Source: Chrysomallon squamiferum (Eukaryota; Animalia; Mollusca). Taken from it: 64,000 nucleotides of DNA. Positions 33,610-46,200 of this stretch are shown in pieces. The position numbers and the translations under genes were made by a program. The notes beneath the pieces are model-generated. The model was given only the letters and a program-made list of their open reading frames with translations. It had not been told where the DNA came from and made no database searches. Where the stretch lies: NCBI GenBank assembly GCA_012295275.1, contig CM022671.1, forward strand, positions 17,236,001 through 17,300,000, in the 5' to 3' direction. The number at the start of each line of letters is the position of its first letter. The stretch's first letter is position 1.

Positions 33610-34879
33610 CTGTCCATAGACACAAAATGCATCACATCACTTTTATAACTGAATGTTTATATTACTAGATACTGAACAGAATTCCACGTTATTATTTCCT
33701 TTAATTCAGTTTTTGTGTGTCTAATCCTAACACTGTGCTCTGTGGATAGATAGCGAGCGACTTCTCTATAAATATGTTTTAAAAGCGATTGTCTGACTTG
33801 AGTGTTGGATAATTAAGAAAACGTTTTCCATTCTCGTGATAACGAGTTAAAAAAGTAAACTGATTATCATGTGTGTTGATTCAGAATTTGTTGTAAATAC
33901 TCTTTTTTACGAGAAATCAAATATTATGTGTGCGTATTTTCATTAATTTATTATCACGATGAAAGAGAAGTTAAAAAAAAAATGTATACAACAAAAATAA
34001 CAGTCTTGGGATTTGAGCATTTCTCTTGCAGAATATTTATATTTCGTATGATGAGTGAAGAAACAAATGTTTTAGTAGGATTAACCATTGCCAGTAATTA
34101 GCAACTTGAGCCTGAGCATAGCTGTCGTAAATTACTTTTATGATCCTTATTAAGACACACACACACAAACAAAAGTAACCATTTTAGTCGAAGCCACTAC
34201 TTGCAAACTGTAAATTAAATCGTCTAAATTAATATAAATGGACCACTTCAACAGACAACATTTCTTAAAATGTAAGCCAGCCTGTCATTATACATGTCAT
34301 TAGTTCGTAACTTCGTTTTGTCGTCTGATTAATGTTAAGCCGAAATAATTGTATTTATTTGTCCCATTACTGAGTAAAGCAGCGTCTGAAATATGGTTCA
34401 CATTTATTCAGCAGTAACAAATACGTTTATTATACCGAGTGAAGGAGAAAGAGAGCACACACCTGGAAATGGATAAAACTGTTATCCAGGTGTCTGTGAT
34501 GACGTTAAATGCCCGTTATTCAGTAGCTGTTTATGTAAGTGTATCAGGATGTATGAAACTGGATTTATCTATAACACACGTACTGACTGAGACATCGGTC
34601 TGAGTTATATTAATGAATTAAACGGTGATTCAACAATTACAACGTGTATCTGCGTATGTTAAGGGGACTTTTTCGTTAAGAGAAGACAGGGGTACATTTT
34701 GTACAGCAAGAAACCCCAAAGTAACCTATTCTTCTTGTTTCGCCCCAGTTTTGCCCGAAGTTGTTAGGGTAGCTGCGTCTGGCCCCCGACTCCCACCCCA
34801 CCCCATGTCGTACGCCCGTGTGTCAGAAACAAATTTCAGTCGATGTTGATTTGCCCTCATAACTGAGTGGATCATCAGT

Positions 34880-35715
34880 TCCAGCAAATATCTTGTACAG
34901 ACTTAAACTGTCATTCAGTCACCTGTTACAATGAATAATAGATGACACGTTTGAAAGCTGTTATTGAGTTAATTATTAAAATGAGAATACTGATAGATAT
35001 TAAATTAATATTCACATAGGTGCAATTGTGTATCTTAAATACATTTAAATAGTAACCGCCCGTTCTATGAGCTTACCACCAGATTCAGCAAATGCCGTTA
35101 AATTAAATTAAGCTGTTATTCACTTATCTGCTACAATGAATATATCAACAAATAATTGTAAACCTAATTAAACAGTTATTCACTCATCCTTTACAATGAG
35201 TGTGTCAGTAGATATCTTAAATTTAATTTTACCGTTATTCACTTATCCATTATAAGAACATATCAACAAATATCTTAAACTTAATTAAATAATTATTCAC
35301 GTATCTTTTATATTGAATATATCAACAAGTATCTTAAACTGTCTTCTTAATTTAACCATTATTCACTCAACTGTTATAATGAATGTATCTAAAGAAATCA
35401 TAAACTTAATTTTACCATTATTTTCATTTATTTGTTTATAGTGGATGTGTATGAAAAAATATCTTAAAGTAAATTTTACCGTTATTCATTTATGTTATGA
35501 TGAATGTATTATAGGATATATTAAATTTAATTGTACAGTAATTCACTTCTTCGTTACAATGGATGTATCAGTAGATATCTTAAATTTAATTCAATTAATG
35601 TTATAAAGAATGTGTCAGCAGATATCTAAACTGAACTATTCCGTTATCCACTTAACTGTTATAAAGAATGTGTCAGCAGATATCTAAACTGAACTCGTTA
35701 TCCACTTACCTGTTA
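34880..35715. repeat. Degenerate ~59-bp minisatellite abutting and overlapping the splice donor of exon A
   Basis: Recurring GTTATTCACTTATC...ACAATGAAT.TATCA.CA.ATATCTTAAA.TTAATT at ~35116, 35175, 35234, 35293, 35358 and onward. The last unit GTTATCCACTTACCTGTTA contains the real donor. Confidence 0.8.
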
Positions 35716-35968
35716 TGCTGAACGGGTCAGCGAACGTTGTGACGTACAAATCAGAACAGGCCAGGTTCACTATGAAAATCGACTCCACCATGTGCAGATC
35801 TTTCTGAGAGATGATGGCCAAAAGAATAAGGATATTACCAAACGTACCAACCACAGATGCCAAGGACAGGATTACAATAATTGGCACTGCCAGCCATGGC
35901 TGGTTGTTGAGAAACTCATCTTTCATCAGAACATAGGGTGCATCACTGGATATTGCTATAGCACTCAT
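35710..35968 (-). CDS. GPCR first coding exon A (N-terminus, TM1, ICL1, TM2; 86 aa + 1 nt), proximal
   Basis: ATG in TTCGCCATGA context. MSAIAISSDAPYVLMKDEFLNNQPWLAVPIIVILSLASVVGTFGNILILLAIISQKDLHMVESIFIVNLACSDLYVTTFADPFSIT has the class A motifs GN (TM1) and NLAxxD (TM2). Ends at consensus donor ACAG|GTAAGTGG (GT at 35709-35708). Phase 1 matches the acceptor at 21171, giving a 359-aa 7TM protein across a 14.5-kb intron. Confidence 0.9.
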
Positions 35969-37329
35969 GGCGAAAACTTTTAAATATCAAAAATAATTTT
36001 TTTTTTTTTTAAGTAGAAGCCGAACACTTTATAGCTTTTTTCGTTTAGTTTCTAGACAAAAAATTTTGTGTTTTTTTTTTGCTAACCACAACGAGATCAA
36101 AACATTAAATTTCCTCGTGTTTTTAACTGCATACAGATAACAAAATCACCAAGCTGTCTCTTATGTTAATTATTTACTACGCTAAATAAAATATATTATT
36201 TATTTTATACGTACGAGCAGTAATACACGCTAAGATATATTGATAACATATGTATCTGTGTATGAAACAAAAACAAATCATCTGATTAGCTCTGTGGGTT
36301 TTTCATTATTTCTTACTGTCTAATTAGTGATGAACGAAGCTGGTTCTCATTGGAGGGTGGACAGATCGGCTGCAATACGTGCTAATTCTGATAGGGACGC
36401 ACAGGTGTCAATAACATATGGATTTCTTCATTTCCTCGGACAAACTTCGGACTTCGTCAATTAGACTCGTTTACCGTGCACTGACCGTTCATAGTGATTA
36501 ATATTTCTGTATGTAAAACATACATAATTATCTTCAATAAACAGACACCAAACATCTCGTTGATTACGCAGATATATATCAGAGACAATTAAATCTGTAT
36601 TTTTGTCTTGTTTTCTCTCCCCAGTTAGTTTAGTGTATTAAGAGGTTAGCCATCTGTTACTTTTTTTATTTTTTATTTTTTATTTCTTATTTATTTATTT
36701 TTTTTGTATTGTTGAATGTACACCCACTCTAAAATAATTATTTTTGGTTCGTCATTTATTTTCCAATTCATATGGATATTTAAAAAAAAAATGTACCTAC
36801 CTGAAAGTTACTTTTTCGTATTTTCCTTTTATGAAGTCACAGGATAATAGTAAGCATTTGTTGTTATTGTTTATGATTTGCATTAAAATAAATATGAAAA
36901 AAAATCACAGTTTTTTTCGTGAAATGACGAGTAATGAATAGTAATTTACCTGTGATTTTTATTTTTTGGTGTTTTATTTTGTTTTTACGTTCACAATATT
37001 CTCCACTTAATCTGGTATTTACTTACAATATTTTTCCATGGGTCAGAAATGTATAGGTTTTTTAATATACTTCATAGCCACTCTTGGAAATTATGAGAAA
37101 AGACAACTATTCCTTTTTTTTTTTCACAGTTTACTAGATGGAGTTTGTATTGACATTACAACTGGCTTATTCTTTTTTTTTTCAAAAGTTTAGTTACGCT
37201 TTCTTGTTTTTACATCCACTATTTAATTAGGTTTTTGAAAGGTGTACCAACTGTGCAATTTGGTTCTTAGTTGTTCTATTCATATTTTCTCATTATTTTT
37301 TTTTTACTATTATAAAATACGCAGTCTGT

Positions 37330-37812
37330 GACAGAGATACATCATCAGTGACATAAACGAAGACAAGGAAATTCAGAAAAGATTCATGGCTGGCTGAACT
37401 GCATTTGAAACGCAACAGCTACAACGTCAAGAGAAACTTGTTTGAAGAGACAAGCCTACAAGTGTAGCTTCAACAATGAAACACAGGCAGTAACTAAACA
37501 AGCGAAGAACAAATTAGTAGCCGCACGAACGAAGACGGAAGGTACGTTAAACATTGCATATCGGGACCGAACAACAAGCATCTGTGCAAAAGAAAAACAA
37601 AGGTCTTGGATTTGACTGAACCCGTTTTGAAAATAGGAAATGATACTTCAGTAGGGTACAACATAACCGATGGACATCGATCGCGTATGATCACTTTGAT
37701 ACCAAACAAAGCGAAACGATCTGGAAGAAGACCAGAAAGATGGTGGAGAAATGAAACAGATGCGTGAGTGATGTAGACTGACCATCTGACAGAGATCAGC
37801 GAAAGACAGGTT
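37330..37812 (+). mobile_element. Decayed RTE-clade non-LTR retrotransposon (LINE) 3' fragment
   Basis: Interrupted + strand translation: NEDKEIQKRFMAG*TAF ... AVTKQAKNKLVAARTKTEGTLNIAYRDRTTSICAKEK ... HNRWT ... KRSGRRPERWWRNETD ... TI*QRSAKDR. This matches, in order, the recalled post-RT C-terminal motifs of RTE LINEs (EIxRRIxxGWxAF, QxxMERxMLxIxxRDRxxN, DNRWT, KRxxGRPxxRWxD, WxxxAQDR). Stops and frameshifts are present. Confidence 0.85.
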
Positions 37813-37984
37813 AATAATTACATTAATTTTAATATCGTATTTTACTGAAATGAACAAAACCTTTAAAAAGTAAGATATCTAAATAGGCAGACAGACAGAC
37901 AGATAGAAATACAGACAGACACATAGATATATAGACAGATGCACGGATGGATATATAGCAAGACTGAGAAGGACGCAGAAATAG

Positions 37985-38227
37985 GAAAATAATTTGTATT
38001 CACTGTAGAGCAGATACACAAAATGATTACTGTCATCTGACTTATATAATACATTTAAAAAACATAGATTTACTTGAATATTCTGCGCCATAGTAACATA
38101 ACAACACAATAACACACCACGCTTATTTTTACACATTTTGTTGTGTAACATATAACTATTAACTTATATTTTTCTTCATTTCTGGCAGATGTTTTCCCTG
38201 ATAAACCATAAATCGTAATCATAAATG
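37985..38227 (+). repeat. ~240-bp direct repeat, copy 1
   Basis: Matches 39692-39926 (GGAAAATAATTTGTATTCACT...ATGATTACTGTCATCTGACTTATATAATA...CATAAATCGTAATCATAAATG). Confidence 0.85.
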
Positions 38228-38639
38228 TGTTGTAACGAAAACTGTTGTATCCTTGCGTGTGTATGTGTGTGTATATGTATACATGTGTTTGTGTGTGTTC
38301 ATGTGTGTGTGATTGCGTGTGTGTGTGTGTGTGTGAGTATATAATTGTAACGGAAGTAGTGATAGTAAAATATGTATGGAAAAAAAATTAAATTATATTA
38401 TATTGACATTTCATTAAAACAGAATAACAATTGAAAAAATACAGTAATAATAATAAAAAACAGATCAAAGAAGAGGTCATATAGTATTTGTTGTAAAGAC
38501 ATAAATGAAATAGTCAGAAATACATCTCAAGGACAAGAATTAATTATTAAAATATATTTATCATACTTCCAACTGTTTGTTTTATTTGACAATATCAAGT
38601 ATCGCAGTGAAGTAAATGTTTTAAGGACATGCATGTTTC

Positions 38640-38877
<238 letters not shown>

Positions 38878-39247
38878 AACACAAAAAAATGGCAAACGTT
38901 CCAATGTCCTTGGATTTGTTATTTCGTTGGTTTCATAATTTATTAGCCCCATCTATTAAGACTGAAAGCAAATTTCAAAAATACAGCTTGACCACTACCA
39001 AAACATATAAACATTATTCATTTCCATTACCACAAGTAGAATCTAACGGCGGTAAGCAAATAAATGACACTGTATTGTTTTACTAAATTCTTAATTAATC
39101 TTTTACTGGCTTCCATTACTACAAAGTGCAATTCTCCACTTAACATAAGAAATAATAGTTTCTGTCAAGGGCGATAATCTCGATAATGTAGATGGCTCTG
39201 AGGTCAGTCATGGCTTTTAACTTTTGAGCTAAACGTAAATTGGTGAT

Positions 39248-39526
39248 ATAGTGGCAACAGTCTTCAATTTCTTCAATCCTATCTATAATAGGATGGTATA
39301 GTGGCAACAGTCTTCAATTTCTTCAATACTATCTATTTAAAGGATGGTATAGTGGCAACAGTCTTCAATTTCTTCAATACTATCAATTTAAAGGATGGTA
39401 TAGTGGCAATTGTCTTCAATTTCTTCAATCCTGTATATAATAGGATGGTATAGTGGTTACAGTGGTATAATGGTACAGTCTTCCTATAGCAGATAGGATT
39501 GAAGAAAATGAAGACTGTTACACCAT
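39248..39526. repeat. 50-51-bp minisatellite x4 plus one inverted partial unit
   Basis: GTGGCAACAGTCTTCAATTTCTTCAAT(A/C)CTATC...AGGATGGTATA at 39251, 39301, 39352 and 39403. ATAGGATTGAAGAAAATGAAGACTGTTACACCAT (~39493-39526) is a reverse-complement copy. Confidence 0.9.
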
Positions 39527-39691
39527 CTTTGCTCTCTGAATGACTGTTTAACATACTTACAATCAAATTATTGAATCGTGTGACCAAACCAGATGTGACT
39601 CAGTCCATAATAACTGCAGATATTTTCAAATTGTTTTTAACGATTTAAACCCATTTCGTTGCTAACTGTGTAACAGATATACAATATGACT

Positions 39692-39926
39692 GGAAAATAA
39701 TTTGTATTCACTATGTAGCAGATACACAATATGATTACTGTCATCTGACTTATATAATATATATAAAAAACATATAGATTTACATTAATATTCTGCACCA
39801 AAGTAATATAAACACTACATTGATTTTTGCATAATTTGTTGTGCAAAATGTTACTATCAACTCATATTTTCTTCATAGTTGGCAGTTGTTTACTTTGAAT
39901 TATAGCATAAATCGTAATCATAAATG
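39692..39926 (+). repeat. ~240-bp direct repeat, copy 2
   Basis: Matches 37985-38227. Confidence 0.85.
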
Positions 39927-40020
39927 CTGTATAAATAAATAAATACACCTTTATAATTAACTATTAAATATAAAAAAGTTTCATTTAATCATAAATAAGA
40001 GAATGGGTGGCTTTAATCTG

Positions 40021-40425
<405 letters not shown>

Positions 40426-40685
40426 TCTGGAAGTCTTTAAATAGATCATCATTCTCTTGGCACTTAATTCCAGTAGAATGTTTTAACTTGCTAGTTATAA
40501 CTGAAATTTGCTTTTTTACGTTTGTTTTTTAATGTGTCTTCCTTTTTAATTTTATTTTTGTTATCTAGAAATAAACATTGAAGTATGATTATATAAAACA
40601 CATATTAATGATAATGATTATGTTCATTACGAAAACGATAATTATGATGACGACGATGATGATAATGTTCTGTTACTACTGCTAG

Positions 40686-40729
<44 letters not shown>

Positions 40730-41096
40730 ACTACTGCTGCTACTGGTATTATCGATATAAATATTACTACTTCCGTTTCATCTGTTATTAATACTACTTG
40801 GTGCTATTACTTGGTTACTGACAAAGTTATTACGGCATGTACTGTCACATACTGTTGCTAGAAAAAAAAAAAAAAAAATGATAAATCAATATTAAATCAT
40901 ACTGTTTACACAATGAACACATGTATGTAATCGCTGTTATGACTTCTGACACGTACTACTGTTAGAAGAAAGAGAAATCAATACAAATCGTATCCTCTAA
41001 ATATTAAAATAGACGTAAAAGCTCAACGTACGTGAATCTCTGCACTTGACTTAATTCTCAAGTCTGCCGTCGGCTGACGAGTTTCGAACCACTTAC

Positions 41097-41349
41097 CTAT
41101 TATACTGAAAGGATCGGCGAACGACGTGACGTACAAATCCGAGCATGCCAAGTTCGCGATGAAGATGGATTCAATTGTGTGCAGCTCGTTTCGACGCAAA
41201 ACCGACAAAAGAATCAGAATGTTGCCCACCGTACCGACGACTGCCGCCACGGCCACAATGATAATAACAGGAATAGCAATCTCCGGTTGTTTCACGAGAA
41301 ACTCGTTGCGTGCATAATAAAGTCGCGAAATGTTTGCTGCAGTTTCCAT
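41097..41349 (-). CDS. GPCR first coding exon B (N-terminus, TM1, ICL1, TM2; 84 aa + 1 nt), distal paralog of exon A
   Basis: ATG in GAGACATGG context (the ORF track starts at an upstream TTG). METAANISRLYYARNEFLVKQPEIAIPVIIIVAVAAVVGTVGNILILLSVLRRNELHTIESIFIANLACSDLYVTSFADPFSII. Ends at donor ATAG|GTAAGTGG (GT at 41096-41095), phase 1. In-frame joining to the exon at 21171 gives 357 aa. Confidence 0.88.
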
Positions 41350-41544
41350 GTCTCGTTCGGCTGTTTGGCATGCAAACGCAGAATACGTCAGACAAAAGGG
41401 CAAATTTCAGTAACACGAAGTCTCTACGTTATTACTGTCAAAACCAGCGAACTTTGGTAACCTGAAGTCCTAAAAGTTTTAATGAAGGAACTTTTACTGT
41501 GTTGCAAAAAGTTCAGATGTTACTGACGGGATAACGTTTGGGGT

Positions 41545-41965
41545 TTTAACATGTTTAGATATGTTTTTGCAAAGATTTTCGTATATTTAGACTTTCTTCT
41601 TTTAACGGTTTGGAGAGCTTTTCCCAAACATATTTTAGACACTTCCTTATTTAAAGTTTGCTTTGGCTTGGAGAGGTTTTTCCAGCACGTAACATGTTTA
41701 GACACTTCCGTATTCAAAGTTTATGTTGGTTTGGAAAGCTTACATCCATTACTAACATCTTTAGACACTTCCACGGAGGAAAGTTTGTTTTTTCTTGTAG
41801 ATTTTTTTTTTTTTTTTTTATCACGTGAAGTGTTTAGACACTTGTTCACTTAAAGTCTACATCGCCTCGGAGAGCTTATTCCCATCACGTAACATGTTTA
41901 GCAACTTCCTCATTCAAGTGTTTGTGTTGGCTTGGAGAGCTTTTCCTGTCACGTATTTAGATGAG
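41545..41965. repeat. Degenerate ~62-bp tandem repeat upstream of exon B
   Basis: TTTAGACACTTCC...AAAGTTT...TTGGAGAGCTTTTCC...CACGTAACATG recurs at ~41635, 41697, 41760, 41833 and 41895. Confidence 0.75.
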
Positions 41966-42417
41966 CATTCTGCACTTCACAGTAAGTACATGCTTAAACA
42001 ATCATCTAGGCGAAAGTTCTTCCAGTTCGTCAATATTACGAATGAAACCGAGCAAGCGATAAATGCGATTGGATTACAGTTACAGCGAGTAACCACGAGG
42101 ACCAATAGCGGTATTTGACGATTTCTCCAAGGGTGTAAATTAAATGTTCTTTCAGCCTAGCATCGACCTAGGTCTTTGGGAAGTCATACGGCTATTTGTC
42201 AGCCAATCAATTTAACATCTCGATCACAAGCGAACCGTCACATAATGAATCCGAGAAAACGATACTCGTGATTTATCTTTTATTTATGTTTGGTTATTAG
42301 TGTGTGCACGACAGGTGAAGAATGCAGAAGGAGAAAACAAACAAACAGACTGATATAGAAACAGAGTGAAAAAAAAAAAAGAAAAGAAAATATTTTTATA
42401 GAAATATATACATACAA

Positions 42418-42422
<5 letters not shown>

Positions 42423-42488
<66 letters not shown>

Positions 42489-42702
42489 TAACTAGATAGA
42501 TAGACAGACAGACAGCTAGATAGATAGATAAACAGACAGATAGATAGATTGATAGATAGGTAGGTAGATAGATAGATAGATAGATGAACAGGGAAACGGA
42601 ATGATAGATTGATAGATATATAGGAAGTATGTAGGTAGTTAGGTATGTAGAAGATATATAGAAAGATAGACAAACATACTGGTAGACAGGCAGACAGATG
42701 AC

Positions 42703-42733
<31 letters not shown>

Positions 42734-42884
42734 CAGATAGATAGATAGACAGACAGACAGACAAATAGATAGATAGACAGACAGACAGAGAGACAGACAG
42801 ATAGATAGATAGATAGATAGACAGACAGAGACAGATAGATAGAGAGAGAGAGAGAGAGAAAGACAGATAAATAGATATACAGAC

Positions 42885-42927
<43 letters not shown>

Positions 42928-43090
42928 CAGATAGACAGACAGACAGAGACAGATAGATAGATTAGATAGAGAAAGACAGATAGATAGATAGATAGATAAA
43001 AAGACAGATAGATAGATAGAGAGAGAAAGACAGATAGATAGATAGACAGACAGATAGATAGATAGATAGTAGATATTTAGATAGATAGGT
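42423..43090. repeat. (GA)n followed by (GATA)n/(GACA)n compound tetranucleotide tract
   Basis: Visible directly in the sequence. Confidence 0.95.
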
Positions 43091-43474
43091 AATCAGAGAA
43101 AGGATGAGAGAAACAGAAAATCAGAAGGGAAAAACATATGGAAAGGAGATGAAAAGCAGACAGAAGGAAATCACTCATTCTGGTAGGTAATTCCGGTATT
43201 TGAACTGTTGTCTGTTATTCCTCGTCCCACTGTTCAAATGAGTGAAAACGATGACAAACAGTTATTGTAGATCTCCTGGGACGGTGACCGCTGAACTACA
43301 CAAACGAGTTCATAAACAAACACGAAATACAGTATTCAGTACAGCATGACTAGAAAAAGGGAAATGATGGAAATGTAGTTAGAGAATAAATAATTATAAT
43401 GAGAGACGAATACAATGGGTTAAAAAAATCAGAGAAACAGAGACTATTAGACTATTTTTTTTAGATGCTTGTTG

Positions 43475-43581
<107 letters not shown>

Positions 43582-43947
43582 TTGTAAAATGTTCTGTTTT
43601 CGAGTAAATCAATCACTTTGTAAAACATCACAATGCATTTTAAAATCTTCATTTCTTATAATGTCGAGCATAGAAGTAACAGCTAATACATTTATTCCTC
43701 TTCAGTGAACACATCAGGCTATTTTCCAATATAACCAGCTCCTCAAGGATAGTTTATCATATTATAGTGTATATAGCAATAATAACTTAAATTTTATACT
43801 TTATCAAAAATTTCGCTAACAGCCATTTAATTTTAAATATTTTGAGTTGTCGTTAGACTAAATGTTTATTCTTTCTTCATGAATATTTCAATCAAAATTT
43901 AGCTGGATAATTTTTGGCCATAAACTGTCAAATACAAGCTGCTAAAC

Positions 43948-44058
<111 letters not shown>

Positions 44059-44159
44059 CAAACGGCTAAAACGGTTATTCTCTAATTTGAATGACATTCA
44101 TTTCTCGTGTTGTTTCTGAATCGATATGTTGACAATTCATGGTGTTTAGACGTCAGCAT

Positions 44160-44518
44160 TAAGTCAGATACTCATCAACTTATCAATGGTCATTAAAAAA
44201 GTCAGATACCCAGGTATTTGTTAATGGTTATATTAAACTAAATACTGATAGACTTGTTAATTGTCAAATTATAATTAAATACTCACAGACTTGCTATGGG
44301 CCAAAATTAAAATGAAATTTGTTAACGGCTAAATGAAAATCAGATACTCTTCGAATTGTCAACGAGCACTAAATCTAATGGTAATTGTCTTGTAAACAGT
44401 CAGCATGAAATCAATTCTTCATCAGTGTTAACAGTGTTTATAAAATTAAATACTGTCATACTTGTGAAAGTTCAAACACTCATCAAATATTAATGGACTT
44501 GTTAAAAGTAAATGGCCA

Positions 44519-44520
<2 letters not shown>
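44160..44520. repeat. Highly degenerate ~39-bp tandem repeat
   Basis: Recurring (GTCAG/TTAA)ATACT...ACTTGTTAATGG...ATTA module. Confidence 0.5.
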
Positions 44521-44559
<39 letters not shown>

Positions 44560-44577
44560 CAAATTAGCACTGGATTT

Positions 44578-44643
<66 letters not shown>

Positions 44644-45104
44644 CAAATGTCTGTTTAAAAATATTTACATTCCTTCCTTTGAAAATGCATCAGTGTTATA
44701 AACAACATATAATTCTTGTCATAGAAGAACGTTTTCCACCAAGATCGAGTATAATTTTCTGTCATTAATAAACTATACATGCAATTATACATCATTATCC
44801 ACGGCCATTATCGTTTAATTAATAATCAATATCTGTAGAACTAGTATGTTTAAGTTCTCTGATCTGTGAAACAGCGCGATGCATTATCTGTACACAGGCG
44901 TATTTTCTGAACAAATATTAAAGCAAAGCACTGGGTTTTTAAACTTTCTCGATGTTTTGTTATGTAACTCGATTTGTATCGGTAAATGCGACTCGGTCTG
45001 CTTCACATTATTATCATGAGCACTATCTAACGACAAATAACTCACAGACATCCGAGGCAAATTCCTTTTAATTCCGATGGTTTAACGATGGACAGATCAG
45101 GTTT

Positions 45105-46200
45105 GATTAAGCATGTCAGTATGCTAATGTTTTAACCAACATTCTAGTAACTATATCAGTTAATGCTTTAACCAAAACTCTAGTAAGTATATCAATATGT
45201 TAATGATTCAACCAAAACCCTAGTAAGTATATCAACAAATGAATGGGTTTAATCAAAACTCTAGCAAGTATATCAATATGTTAATGATTCAACCAAAACC
45301 CTAGTAAGTATATCAACAAATGAATGGTTTAATCAAAACTCTAGCAAGTATATCAATATGTTAATGATTCAACCAAAACCCTAGTAAGTATATCAACAAA
45401 TGAATGGTTTAATCAAAACTCTAGCAAGTATATCAATATGTTAATGATTCAACCAAAACCCTAGTAAGTATATCAACAAATGAATGGTTTAATCAAAACT
45501 CTAGCAAATATCAATATGTTAATGATTCAACCAAAACCCTAGTAAGTATATCAACAAATGAATGGTTTAATCAAAACTCTAGCAAGTATATCAATTAATG
45601 ATTCAACCAAAACCCTAGTAAGTATATCAACAAATGAATGGTTTAATCAAAACTCTAGCAAGTATATCAATATGTTAATGATTCAACCAAAACCCTATCA
45701 ACAAATGAATGGTTTAATCAAAACTCTAGCAAGTATATCAATATGTTAATGATTCAACCAAAACCCTAGTAAGTATATCAACAAATGAATGGTTTAATCA
45801 AAACTCTAGCAAGTATATCAATATGTTAATGATTCAACCAAAACCCTAGTAAGTATATCAACAAATGAATGGTTTAATCAAAACTCTAGCAAGTATATGT
45901 GTTTTTTAATTGTTTCATCAAACTGTTTATGTGCAATGGTTTAATCAAAACTCTAGTAAGTATATGTGTTTTTTAATTGTTTCATCAAACTGTTTATGTG
46001 CAATGGTTTAATCAAATATGTATCAAGTATATCTATATGTGAATGGTTTTATCAAAAACCTGGTAAGTATGTCAACATATAAATGATTTTCCCAAAACAA
46101 TACTAGGTATTTCAATATATTAATGGTTGTTTGCCGTTTTAAGAACATTATTTTGTATATTTATATTAATGATTTTACCAAAACAATGGATTGATCAAAA
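45105..46200. repeat. Minisatellite with 80-bp higher-order unit (two 40-bp subunits); ~9 homogeneous copies at 45175-45897 with degenerate flanks
   Basis: A=AAACTCTAGCAAGTATATCAATATGTTAATGATTCAACCA and B=AAACCCTAGTAAGTATATCAACAAATGAATGGTTTAATCA alternate strictly. Confidence 0.95.

Noticed and set aside
34660-34820. Possible MITE terminus (CCCCATGTCGTACGCCCGTG); similar isolated end CCCTAGATCCGCCTATG near 60320
   Set aside because: No matching opposite terminus or target duplication found.
35684-35709. Read-through tails GKWITSSV (exon A) and GKWFET... (exon B) as a conserved GKW peptide
   Set aside because: GKW is simply the translation of the shared donor sequence GGTAAGTGG, which is intronic.
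41350-41403. N-terminal extension MPFCLTYSAFACQTAERD of exon B in the ORF track
   Set aside because: Begins at TTG. The ATG at 41349 has a good Kozak context and matches the length of exon A.
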